From: Vampirovibrionaceae bacterium NZW_1234
Lineage (GTDB): Bacteria > Cyanobacteriota > Vampirovibrionia > Vampirovibrionales > JAGQHJ01
Assembly: GCA_041697335.1 (NCBI GenBank)
Contig: JBGUGD010000001.1
Location: 113,741 to 177,740 of the forward strand
Length of the DNA: 64,000 nucleotides
Direction: 5' to 3'
Under the pieces are notes generated by a model. That model did no database searches and had not been told where the DNA came from. It was given only the letters and a program-made list of their open reading frames with translations. Shown piece by piece: positions 47,435 through 57,084 of the stretch; the first letter of the stretch is position 1; each line of letters starts with the position of its first letter. A program made the translations under genes and the position numbers.

Positions 47435-49840
47435 TTAGCCTTTGATTCCTGACGTGGTGGTGCTGGGTGGAACGATAGTGACCTCCGGGCGATCCAGGGC
47501 GGTCCAGGGGCTTTTTTCGCCGTGGGCATAATGCATCAGCCGGGAGAGAATTTCCTCGTTGCTGGCCGGGGCGTTTAATTGCGGAATCTCGCCGTTGGAC
47601 ACGTATGTCAGCGCATGCTTCGCCGCCGCCCAGACGGAAATGGCCAGCATCAAGGGCGGTTCGCCCACGGCTTTGCTGCCTTTGATGTTGACGATGTTGC
47701 CGTGGTTTTCAATCCAGTCCACGTTGAAGATGTCCGGTAAATCCTGGATGTTGGGGACCTTGTAGGTGGTGGGCGAGTGGGTAAGAAGTTCGCCCCGGTG
47801 GGTGTAGCGCAGATCCTCCGTGGTGAGCCAGCCCATGCCTTGCACGAACGCCCCCACAATCTGGCCCCGGTCAATACCCGGGTTCAGGGGCTTGCCGATG
47901 TCCATCAGGAGGTCCGAGCGAAGGACCTTCATATCGCCGGTGAAGCGATCGATCAGGACCTCGGAGACGGCACAGCCCATGGTGAAGTACAAAAAGGGAT
48001 TGCCGGTGCCGGTTTCCCAGCTGAACTCCAGCCCGGGGGTGGCATAGAAGCCACGCTCGCCCAGGTTGACGCGATCCAGGTGGGCGAGGCTGACCAGCTT
48101 TTGAAAGCTCAGGCGGTCATCCGGGTGCCGGGAGTCGTAGATGCCGGTTTCGTCCCAGACGATGTGAAAGGGGGAGCCCGTGGCCTCGCCATGTTGGTGG
48201 GCAAAGTGGCGGCTGGCAAACTCGATGAGGCGATCCCGGATGGTGTTGCAGGCATTCACCGCAGCCTGGCCATTGAGGTCCGCACTGCTGGAGGCGGCTG
48301 TGGCCGAGGTGTTGTTGTTTTTTTCGGTGGAGGTGGGCATCACCCTCACCCGATCCGGGGGCAGGTGGAAGGCATCGGCCACCAGCTGCTGAATCTTGGT
48401 GTTGACGCCCTGGCCCATCTCCGTGGCGCCAGTGGAGACCTGAACGGTGCCGTCCAGGTAAAGATGCACCAGCGCATTGGCCTGGTTGAGAAACTTGGTG
48501 TTGAAGGAAATGCCGAATTTCATCCCCGTGAGGGCAATGCCTTTCAAGTGGGTTTTGGATTGGCGGTTAAAGGCGTCGATGTGCGCCCGGCGTGTCTTGT
48601 AGTCGGCCCGCTCGACCAGGGTGTCAAACAGCTCGTGGAGCGTGTTGTTTTGGAGGACCTGGCCGTAGGGGGTGATGTTGCGGTCGGTAAGGCCGTAGAG
48701 GTTGCGTCGGCGGATGTCGTAGGCGTCCTGCTTGAGGTAGGCCGCTATGGACTCCATGATGTTTTCCATGTTGAGCATCCCCTGGGGGCCGCCAAAGCCG
48801 CGAAAGGCCGTGTTGGGCGGCAGGTTGGTGCGACAAATGGTGCCGGTGATTCGGATGTTGGGGATGAAATAGGCGTTTTCCGCATGGCACATCGCCCGGC
48901 CCATGACGGCCGTCGACAGATCGTTGGCTGCGCCGCCGTTTGAGAAGAGCTGGACGTCCAGGGCCGTGATGTCGCCGTCCTTGCTGAAGCCGACTTTGTA
49001 TCGGTTCTTGAAGGGGTGACGCTTGCCGGTGCTGCACATGTCATCGTCCACGGTGAGGCAAATCCGGGCTGGACGCTTGGTTTTTAAGGCCACCAGCGAA
49101 GCCATGACCGCCGGATGTGTGGCCTGGCATTCCTTGCCGCCAAAGGCGCCCCCCATCCGCTTGGTGATGACCACCACCTGGTTGAAGGACAGCCCCAGGA
49201 CTTCGGCAATCACCGCCTGAACTTCAGAAGGGTTCTGGGTGGAGGAATGCACCGTCAAGGTGTTGTGTTCATCGGGATAGGCCAGGGCCGATTGGGATTC
49301 TAAATAGAAATGCTCCTGTCCGCCATTGACGAAGGTCCCTTCCAGGATATGATCCGCCTGGGCAAAGCCCTCTTCCAGGTTGCCCTGGGCCAGGGTCCGG
49401 GGAGCCCCGATAAATTGCTGCTGGGCAATGGCCTCATCAATGGTCAGAATGGGTGGGAGTTCCTCGAACTCGAGTTTGATGGCCTTTTTGGCTTGCCACA
49501 GGGCTTTTCGGGTTTCGGCGGCAATGACCACGATGGGGTGCCCCACGAACATGGCCACGTCTTCCACCAGAAGGACTTCATCCTGCAAAATGGGGCCGAA
49601 TAAATTGTGGCCGTCCAGGTCGGCTGCCGTAAAGAGAGCCACAACCCCTGGGATTTGTCGGGCCGGCTCCAGATCAATGGCCTTGATGCGGCCATGGGCC
49701 ACGGGGCTTCCCAGAAAGTCTACGAACAGTTCGTTACGCTGAATGGGCATATCGTCAATGTAGATGGACTGGCCCGTGACATGGCCTTTGGCCGAATCGT
49801 GGGGGATGTTTTGGCCGATGGTGGTGCCTGGGGTCGTCAT
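47435..49840 (-). CDS. xdhB: Xanthine dehydrogenase molybdopterin-binding subunit
   Basis: PHDSAKGHVTG, GGQEHFYLE, RMGGAFGGKE, TAFRGFGGPQG, TEMGQG, SKAVGEPP. Confidence 0.96.
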   Translation of the reverse strand: MTTPGTTIGQNIPHDSAKGHVTGQSIYIDDMPIQRNELFVDFLGSPVAHGRIKAIDLEPARQIPGVVALFTAADLDGHNLFGPILQDEVLLVEDVAMFVGHPIVVIAAETRKALWQAKKAIKLEFEELPPILTIDEAIAQQQFIGAPRTLAQGNLEEGFAQADHILEGTFVNGGQEHFYLESQSALAYPDEHNTLTVHSSTQNPSEVQAVIAEVLGLSFNQVVVITKRMGGAFGGKECQATHPAVMASLVALKTKRPARICLTVDDDMCSTGKRHPFKNRYKVGFSKDGDITALDVQLFSNGGAANDLSTAVMGRAMCHAENAYFIPNIRITGTICRTNLPPNTAFRGFGGPQGMLNMENIMESIAAYLKQDAYDIRRRNLYGLTDRNITPYGQVLQNNTLHELFDTLVERADYKTRRAHIDAFNRQSKTHLKGIALTGMKFGISFNTKFLNQANALVHLYLDGTVQVSTGATEMGQGVNTKIQQLVADAFHLPPDRVRVMPTSTEKNNNTSATAASSSADLNGQAAVNACNTIRDRLIEFASRHFAHQHGEATGSPFHIVWDETGIYDSRHPDDRLSFQKLVSLAHLDRVNLGERGFYATPGLEFSWETGTGNPFLYFTMGCAVSEVLIDRFTGDMKVLRSDLLMDIGKPLNPGIDRGQIVGAFVQGMGWLTTEDLRYTHRGELLTHSPTTYKVPNIQDLPDIFNVDWIENHGNIVNIKGSKAVGEPPLMLAISVWAAAKHALTYVSNGEIPQLNAPASNEEILSRLMHYAHGEKSPWTALDRPEVTIVPPSTTTSGIKG

Positions 49841-51303
49841 TTGAGTACTCCCTCAGTGTGATCCATCAGCTCCCAATACCATTTTTGCAGGATATTTTCG
49901 GCCAGAGCCAGGCGATAGTCCCGATGGCCACGGACATCGGAAATGGGGCTGATCTCGGCGGCGGCAATCTGACCGGCCTCTTTCACCAGGGCTTCGGTGA
50001 GAGGCTTGCCGGTGAGAAAGGCCTCGGTTTTCGGCAGGCGTAAGACCACGGGGCCCACACCACCATAGGCCAGTTTTGCCCAGCGAATAGTGGGGCCGTC
50101 CAGCTCAACCCGCAGGGCTGCGGTGAAGGTCGAGATGTCCAGGTGCTGGCGGCGAGAAATTTTATAGAGCTTGCGGGATTCGGTGGGGCTGGGTAAGGGG
50201 ATCCGGATGCGCTGGATGAGTTCGTCTTCGGCCAGGGCCAGTTGCCGGTAGCCGGTGTACAGCGAATTGAAATTGATCAGGCGGGTTCCGGCAGGGCCAA
50301 GGGCTTCGACCTCGGCATCCATGACGAACAGGAAGGGCAGGGAATCGCCAATGGGTGACCCGTTTGCGATGTTGCCCGCCAGCGTTCCGGCATGTTTGAT
50401 TTGCGGCGAGCCGAAGCGCTCGAGCATCTGGGTGAATTCCGGGAAGATGTCGCCAAGCTGCTGCTCCAGCTTCGCCAGGCTGACTTTGGCCCCGATGGAG
50501 ACAAAGCCGTCCTCGATGGTGATGCCCTGGAGCCCGGCGACATTGGCGAGGCTGATCACGGTTTGCGGTTCCGTGTGGCGTTTATTGCACACCACATGGA
50601 CATCGGTTCCGCCGGAGACAATCACTGCCTTGGGGTGGGCGGCTTTGAGTCGGACCGCATCAGCCAGGGAGGTTGGCAGGAAGACCTGCTGTGTCGAGCC
50701 CTGGACGCAAGCGGGTTGGCGTTTGAGCGCTTCCAGGTCTTCTATGATGGAAGCGGCTGGGTAGAGCTCTCGCAGTTTGGGTTGAGCGTTCAAAGAAACC
50801 TGGGTTCCGGCTTTGAGGATGGCTTCATAGCCTGTGCAGCGACACAGGTTGCCGGTCAGGGTATCCTGGATGTCTTTTGGGGAGGCCGGTTGCGTGTCGG
50901 GTTTGGTATCAAAGAAGCCGCACATGGCCATCACAATGCCGGGGGTACAGTAGCCGCATTGGGCGCCGTTACAGGCGATCATGGCTTCCTGGACCGCGTT
51001 GACGGATCCGGCCGGGGTCATCCCCTCCAGCGTCACCACATGGGTGCCATCCAACTGATACATGTATTGAATACAGCCGTTGACGGCCTGGTAACTCAAC
51101 TCCTGATCCTCGGGGCGGCCGATTAAGAGCGTACAGGCACCACAATCCCCTTCGGCACAGACGACTTTGGTGCCGGTGAGGTGCAGGTGATAGCGCAAAT
51201 AGTCGGTTACAGGGGCAAAGGCCAGGTCTCCGGCAATCTCGTGCCGTTTGCCGTTGATGTAGAGGACTAATTTGTCCCGTAATGACGCACCGGATGGATT
51301 CAA
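49837..51303 (-). CDS. xdhA: Xanthine dehydrogenase small (2Fe-2S/FAD) subunit
   Basis: CAEGDCGAC, QCGYCTPG, GNLCRCTGY, GNIANGSPIGD, PISDVRG. Confidence 0.95.
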   Translation of the reverse strand: MNPSGASLRDKLVLYINGKRHEIAGDLAFAPVTDYLRYHLHLTGTKVVCAEGDCGACTLLIGRPEDQELSYQAVNGCIQYMYQLDGTHVVTLEGMTPAGSVNAVQEAMIACNGAQCGYCTPGIVMAMCGFFDTKPDTQPASPKDIQDTLTGNLCRCTGYEAILKAGTQVSLNAQPKLRELYPAASIIEDLEALKRQPACVQGSTQQVFLPTSLADAVRLKAAHPKAVIVSGGTDVHVVCNKRHTEPQTVISLANVAGLQGITIEDGFVSIGAKVSLAKLEQQLGDIFPEFTQMLERFGSPQIKHAGTLAGNIANGSPIGDSLPFLFVMDAEVEALGPAGTRLINFNSLYTGYRQLALAEDELIQRIRIPLPSPTESRKLYKISRRQHLDISTFTAALRVELDGPTIRWAKLAYGGVGPVVLRLPKTEAFLTGKPLTEALVKEAGQIAAAEISPISDVRGHRDYRLALAENILQKWYWELMDHTEGVLK

Positions 51304-51377
51304 GGACGACCCCTGCCTGAGCTAAAACTATCTCCTCCTAGTATACTCAAAACTTGGGCGTCAACGGGAGTCGACTC

Positions 51378-52661
51378 TCACGCAGCCGAGGGGTGGCGGG
51401 TTGGGGTTGTCGGCATCCCAAAGGTGGCCAGAACGGCCAGAAAAACAGCCACCCCGGCCACGGGAAGAATGACCCGGTAATCGTTGAAGAGGGTGATGAG
51501 ATGGCCGGTGATGAGGAGGCTGTAGAGCTGAGGAACCGATAAAAACAGGTTGTACAAACCTGCATAGGCGCCCTCGTGTTGTTTGGGGCAGAGTTTGAGT
51601 AACAGGGACAAGGGAAAGACCACCATTCCGGCAAAACTGATTCCTAAAAGGACGCTCATGAGGGCGGCACTGGCCATCTGGTGGACCAGCGCATAGGCCC
51701 CGAACGCCACGGTCCCGAAAAAAATCAACGCCCACCGATACAGGGTCCGGTTCTCCAGGCGGTCGGCCAGTTTGCCCAGGGGGAGCGCAGCACCCACCAT
51801 GACCAGGGTGAGGATGGCCAACAGCCCGTTGGACCATTCAAAGCTGAGATGAAGCGCCTTGGTCCCGAAAAGGACGAAATACCCGCGAAGGGCCTGAATG
51901 CCAATCCACGAGAAAAACAGCACGGTAAACAGCCTGAAAATGGCATGCTGCTCCGGAAAGCGGATGACCCGGCGCTGAATGGCGGGCAGATAAATCAAAG
52001 GGGGTAAGGCGTATACCAGCAGATTCCATGGCGAAAACAGGCTCTTGTCGGGGAGGATTTCGGTGTTCTGGCTCTGGAGGCTGGTCTTGGCCTTGGGGGC
52101 ATAGCAAAAAAACAGGATAAACGTGATGAGGAGGACGGCCCCGCCAATCCAGAAGGGATAGGGGCTGGTTCCAAGACCGCTGCAAAGGGCGAACATGCTA
52201 AAGCTGCCCGCCCCGGAGAACAATCCCACATAGCCGCTGATGAGGCCCTTGTGGGAGGCCAGGAATCTTCGCCCCGAGACATCGGTGACCAGGGCACGAT
52301 AGGTGACCATGAGCACATTGAAGGCCGCATAGAAAATACCCATCAGGACGATCATGCCGACAGTCGACAGGTGTCCCGAGAGCCAAAGGGTGGCCCCAAA
52401 GGATGCAAGAAGGCTTATGGCCATAATCCGGCGTCGATCCAGGCCTTGTCGCTGCCAATGGTCACCGAACCAGCCGATGAGCGGTTGGATGAGAATCCCG
52501 GCTGCCGGGCCCAGGGACAGCACCCAGCCAATGGCCCTGGCATTGTGCAAGCGACTGTCGAGCATGATCTGGAATTGGGTTGCATCCAGAGCCATGGCCA
52601 TGTAGATGCCGAACCAGCCCAAGGTCAGTAGCAGGATGGGGAATCCGGGATGTCGCGGCAT
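51378..52661 (-). CDS. MFS transporter (maltose/sucrose-type)
   Basis: GPAAGILIQPLIGWFGD, YRALVTD, GAYAGLYNLFLSVPQ; about 12 TM helices. Confidence 0.88.
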   Translation of the reverse strand: MPRHPGFPILLLTLGWFGIYMAMALDATQFQIMLDSRLHNARAIGWVLSLGPAAGILIQPLIGWFGDHWQRQGLDRRRIMAISLLASFGATLWLSGHLSTVGMIVLMGIFYAAFNVLMVTYRALVTDVSGRRFLASHKGLISGYVGLFSGAGSFSMFALCSGLGTSPYPFWIGGAVLLITFILFFCYAPKAKTSLQSQNTEILPDKSLFSPWNLLVYALPPLIYLPAIQRRVIRFPEQHAIFRLFTVLFFSWIGIQALRGYFVLFGTKALHLSFEWSNGLLAILTLVMVGAALPLGKLADRLENRTLYRWALIFFGTVAFGAYALVHQMASAALMSVLLGISFAGMVVFPLSLLLKLCPKQHEGAYAGLYNLFLSVPQLYSLLITGHLITLFNDYRVILPVAGVAVFLAVLATFGMPTTPTRHPSAA

Positions 52662-52673
52662 TGGGTTGGTGGG

Positions 52674-53717
52674 TTATTGCTTGACGGCTTCAACAATCGC
52701 ATGTTCGCTGTGGGGGCCAGAGATCACGCGAGTGAGCTTGAAGCCCGCTTGGGCGAATAAAGCTCTGTATTCTTCTTCCGTACGTTCCCGACCGCCGGTC
52801 ATCACCAGCATGTTGAGGTCCATAAACTTGGCCATACCGGGTTTGTTGCCTTCAGGCACCACGGACTCCACCAAGAGGACTTTGCCGTTATCAGCAATGA
52901 CCTTATGAATGTTGCGCAGGATGGTGAGTGAACGCTCGTCGTCCCAGTCGTGGATGATGTGGCCCATAATGTAGGCATCACCGCCCGGGGCAACGGCCTG
53001 GAAGAAATCACCGGATTCGATGGTGCATCGATCCGCCAGGCCGGCGGCTTTCAATGGCTCGACGGCACCTTGCGCCACATGGGGCAAGTCAAAGAGGATG
53101 CCCTTGAGGTGCGGGTACTTGTTGAGAATCAAGGCAAGCAGTTGACCGTGGCCACCACCAATGTCTACCAGGGTGTTGATGCCGGAAAAATCATAATGGT
53201 CAATCACGGCACTGTGGATGTTTTTTACCATGGCGGTCATGGCGCCGTTAAACACCTCACTGACCTCGGGGTGTTGTTGAAAATACTCGAATACCCCCAT
53301 GCCATACATGGCCTGAAACGGTTGGGTCCCGGTTTTGACGCCGTCGGCAAGACGACCCCATGCATGGTAATGCTCTTCACCCATCAGCAGCGCCATCGGC
53401 TTAAACGACTGAGGGTGCTGGCTCCGCAGGAGATCCGCTTTGGCCGTGAGCTGGAAGGTGCGATTGGGAATTTCTTCAAAAATGCCCACACTGGCCAACG
53501 CACGTAACACGCGATACAGGTAATCCTCGTTGGCTTGAGCCCGGGCTGCCAGTTGGTCAATCGGCAAAGGGCCATTTTCAAGCAGATCGGCAATCTGGAG
53601 TTTGGCAGCCGTATAAATGGCTTGCGAGATCCAGTAACCGGAAATCATTTGCATCAGTTGAGGACCTTCGCTCAACATTGTCCCAGGGGTTTGGAGGGCA
53701 TTGGCGGCCGTTGGCAT
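52674..53717 (-). CDS. SAM-dependent O-methyltransferase (dimerisation domain plus Methyltransf_2)
   Basis: LVDIGGGHG, FDLPHV, GDFF, HIIHDWDD, GGRERT. Confidence 0.94.
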   Translation of the reverse strand: MPTAANALQTPGTMLSEGPQLMQMISGYWISQAIYTAAKLQIADLLENGPLPIDQLAARAQANEDYLYRVLRALASVGIFEEIPNRTFQLTAKADLLRSQHPQSFKPMALLMGEEHYHAWGRLADGVKTGTQPFQAMYGMGVFEYFQQHPEVSEVFNGAMTAMVKNIHSAVIDHYDFSGINTLVDIGGGHGQLLALILNKYPHLKGILFDLPHVAQGAVEPLKAAGLADRCTIESGDFFQAVAPGGDAYIMGHIIHDWDDERSLTILRNIHKVIADNGKVLLVESVVPEGNKPGMAKFMDLNMLVMTGGRERTEEEYRALFAQAGFKLTRVISGPHSEHAIVEAVKQ

Positions 53718-53795
53718 CAGGGGGCTCCTTGTCTGTTTCTATTTTCTCGGAAGCTCCATTCTACCCCAAATCGCTTTTGAAAACCGATGTGGTCC

Positions 53796-55451
53796 TTAGG
53801 ATTTTGAAAAAGGCCACAGCCGACCCAAAGCCTGTCCCCAGCCCTTGAGCCAGCCCTTGTTCGCGGCCTGGGAAATTTGGTCGATGAGGTCAAAGCCTTG
53901 TTCTAATGTGGGAACCCGGTCCAGGAATTTCTGAATTTCCAGAATCCGTTTCATATCAATCACACGCGCCAGTGGCATCAGCTTCAGCAAGGGTTGTGCC
54001 GGATCGGTGAGTTGACGCAGGGCCTTTAGGTTTGCATTGGCATAGAGCCAGTTGTTGAGGTTGAATTCCAGACGTTCTTTTTCCGACTCGAGGGCGTGGG
54101 AACTGAATCCCAGATCTCGCCTTAGAAGGGCACGCTTGTTGCCAGGGGTACTGTAATACAGCCACAGTTCGGGGAGCAGATGCCGATCGGTCTTGGTGAT
54201 GTTGTGAATGTTATCTTGAAGCGCTTCCAGGGTCTCAACGGGTAAGGGTCGCCAGGTTTGGAAGGTCTGTTTCAGGAGGGCATTGCCTTGTTTCAGCAGG
54301 TCAAGAATCCGGTGACGATTGTTGACCTCCTGCTCAAGGGGTGTTCCTAAGGCTTCGGGAATGGGGATTTTAAAGCGTTGGCAATCGGCCTTTAGCTGTT
54401 CAAAGAACGGTGCTCTTAAGGACCGTTCTGCTTCAGCACATCGGACCTCGATGGGGGAAAAAAGATAAAAGAGACGTTTGCGTTGGGGTTGGGTGGCCAT
54501 GCCCAGCCGACATAGGGCTTGTTCCAGCTCGATTTGGAGTTGAGCGACCGGGTCTTTGGTGTCTTTCAAGTGGGCTTGGGTTGCTTGGGAAACCGGGAAC
54601 GGCAACTCCTGTCTGAGGGCCTTACGGCATGTCTGGTCAACCTGTTGTCGCGCATAGAAATAATGAAAGGCTTGGCGCAGTTCCTCAGGGGATAGCCTCG
54701 GATCCTCCAATGGCATCGGGAAATCCGGTCGGCTCCGGATGATGGCCTCAACGGATGGGAGCTTTAGAGTCCGAAAATCCAGATCATTCAGCTTCTCAAT
54801 AGTGGGGTTGGTGATGTAAGCCACAAAAAGCGTGAATAATTTGTTGAAGGTCTCTTCCGAGACCTTGGGCGGAGTGACACGCTGGTCGGTGACAAAGTCA
54901 TAGAAAGTTTCCGGGTATGGATGGAAAGCGTCGGACACGGTTTTGTAGGCCTTAATTCTGTCATGTTTTGCAAGTCGCCCCCGGAGTTCAGTGTCGGCTA
55001 CGGCATGTTCGTTTTCATGCAGCAAGACTTCAAGCGCTTCACCGCGGTTCAGAAGTGATTTGCATTGCACTGTGTGGGTTGTGATTAAATAATGGCCTTT
55101 GAGGTCCTCAAAAATACGTTCCGGCGTGTGGGCGCCATCCACGGCATCTTTCCAAATCACGTGCGGCATTTCATTGGGGGCAAGGCGGTTGCGGGCCATC
55201 AATTTCTTTAAAACAAATGCCGTTTCATCCGGATCTAACGATCCGGTGCCTGTGATTTTGAAGTCTTTTGAGGTGCCTGACGTTATTTCTCCCAGACTGA
55301 AGGTCCATGGTTTCGGAGTTGATTCGGCCTTCTTCTTTGGGCTTGCACCGAAGGTAACGGAATCGCACCTTCCCGGAGCCCGCATGCTGGGGTTCAGGTT
55401 GGGGGTCAGCATTGGTTTTTGCCAAGGTACGAGACTGAGGGACGAAATCAT
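53796..55451 (-). CDS. Hypothetical protein with HEXXH zinc-metalloprotease motif
   Basis: VLLHENEHA plus downstream YLFSPIEVRCAEAE as a candidate third-ligand motif. Confidence 0.7.
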   Translation of the reverse strand: MISSLSLVPWQKPMLTPNLNPSMRAPGRCDSVTFGASPKKKAESTPKPWTFSLGEITSGTSKDFKITGTGSLDPDETAFVLKKLMARNRLAPNEMPHVIWKDAVDGAHTPERIFEDLKGHYLITTHTVQCKSLLNRGEALEVLLHENEHAVADTELRGRLAKHDRIKAYKTVSDAFHPYPETFYDFVTDQRVTPPKVSEETFNKLFTLFVAYITNPTIEKLNDLDFRTLKLPSVEAIIRSRPDFPMPLEDPRLSPEELRQAFHYFYARQQVDQTCRKALRQELPFPVSQATQAHLKDTKDPVAQLQIELEQALCRLGMATQPQRKRLFYLFSPIEVRCAEAERSLRAPFFEQLKADCQRFKIPIPEALGTPLEQEVNNRHRILDLLKQGNALLKQTFQTWRPLPVETLEALQDNIHNITKTDRHLLPELWLYYSTPGNKRALLRRDLGFSSHALESEKERLEFNLNNWLYANANLKALRQLTDPAQPLLKLMPLARVIDMKRILEIQKFLDRVPTLEQGFDLIDQISQAANKGWLKGWGQALGRLWPFSKS

Positions 55452-55551
55452 CGCATTCCCTTCGAATAAGCTGAGGGGTCTGTTCTGTCGATATGAAACA
55501 GCCTGAACCTGAAAAGTTGCCTTTGTCTTTTTTACCGGGGTCAGTGTGGTT

Positions 55552-57084
55552 TTATAAATTCCCGAGCAGGTAGTCAGGAATTCTCCGAAAACGTTTCGAT
55601 TTCATCATTTCGCCAGGATTGGGTAAATAGTTCGGCAGTTGCAGGGGCGTATCCGGTGTGTCATCCTTGAGCTGTCTTAACCCCAAGCACATGACGTCGG
55701 CCAAGGTAAGCGTGCTGTTTAGGTCTATGGCGTGTGGCTTGTGGAGTGTCCTAAAATTGCGGTCTTTTTCGACCAGGTAGCGACATAGCCCGACACTGTA
55801 AGTTTTCTTTGGATCGAGAGGAGCCCAATGGCCTGGGCGTTCTTCAACTTCAATGTTTTGGGCTTGGGGTCCGTGAAGGGTGAACCGCAGGCCGCTGAAA
55901 ATAAGAAAGGGCTTGTATAGGGGGGCGTTTAAATTTTGTGTGGATTGTTGCACCGCCAGGTTCAGTTCCTCACCGCTCAGGCGGATCCGGGTCAGGGGGT
56001 GTTGATAGGGCAGGGCCAGATCGACATCGATGGGGGTGATCTCACCTTGCAGGGCGCGTCTGAATTCGTTGGCGCGGATAATGCCAATTTGAGCCTGGGC
56101 TGCCTGGCGAGCCGAATGGGCCAGAAAATAGGGCTGGTTCAGAATCTCCATGGGGCTCAGGTCCTGCCCCAGTCGGGCCAATGTATCCGTGCGCTTGCCA
56201 TAGTGATGAAGGAGATCGACCACGGTCGGATCCATATCAAAGTTTCACGCGGCATGGAGCTTGTTTGCCTTAAAATGAATGCCATTTTCGCCCACAACGA
56301 TGTCGGCGACTCCGACCTTATCGGCAAAGGCACCGGCATTCAGGACAAGCAGGGGCTTGCCGTTGGGTTTTGTGAAAACGGTTTTGCCTTGGCGCAAGGT
56401 GTCTTTTCGGGTATGAGAGTGCCCCCCCATAATGACGTCGATGTCATTTGCCTGAACCGATTGGGTAAAGGCTGCGTCCCAGCGATAACCGCGATGGGAC
56501 ATCAGGATGACCAGTTTGACGCCTTGGGCTTTCAATTTTTGGGCCTGGGCCGCTATTTTTTTCACGGCAAATCGATCCTGAATGCCAAAGGAATGGGTTT
56601 GAATACTTTCGGCAGGGGCGTGAATGGAAATGAAGCCGTATTGGCCGTTGGCTTTGCTCACAATGAGGGGAGTGGTTTTAATTAAGCCCGCCTTGAGGAG
56701 CTGTTTATAGAGTGCATCGAGCGGTTTTTTCAGGGTTGTGCCCAAATACGCGGTTTTACCCCATTCCAGGAGGCGTCCTGCGAATTCTTGAAGAGGAAGG
56801 AGGGCTTCGTGATTGCCCAGGCACATGGAATCGAATCGGAACAGTTCGTTCAGGCGGATGTTTAATGGCCAGAATTGAGGGCTCATGCCGGTGTGCGTGT
56901 CGCCTGCATTGAGGCGAAGGACATCGTAGCCTTTTCGTTCGCCTTCCTGGGTGAAGTAATCCATTCCCGTCTTGTTTCGCGCGGCCAAGGGATAATTGCC
57001 ATGGATGTCGGTGTTATAAACCAGGCGAACTCGGGTGGGGGAGGCTGGCAAGCTTACACTAGCCGATATTCTAGGGGGGCTCAC
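55552..57084 (-). pseudogene. Metallophosphatase/5'-nucleotidase (UshA-like) interrupted by one in-frame TGA at 56245-56247
   Basis: N-part: NTDIHG, NAGD, GNHE, MSH, GGHSH. C-part: 5'-nucleotidase C domain (GEITPIDV, FSGLRF, PLDPKKTYSV). Both ORFs are in the same frame. Confidence 0.75.
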
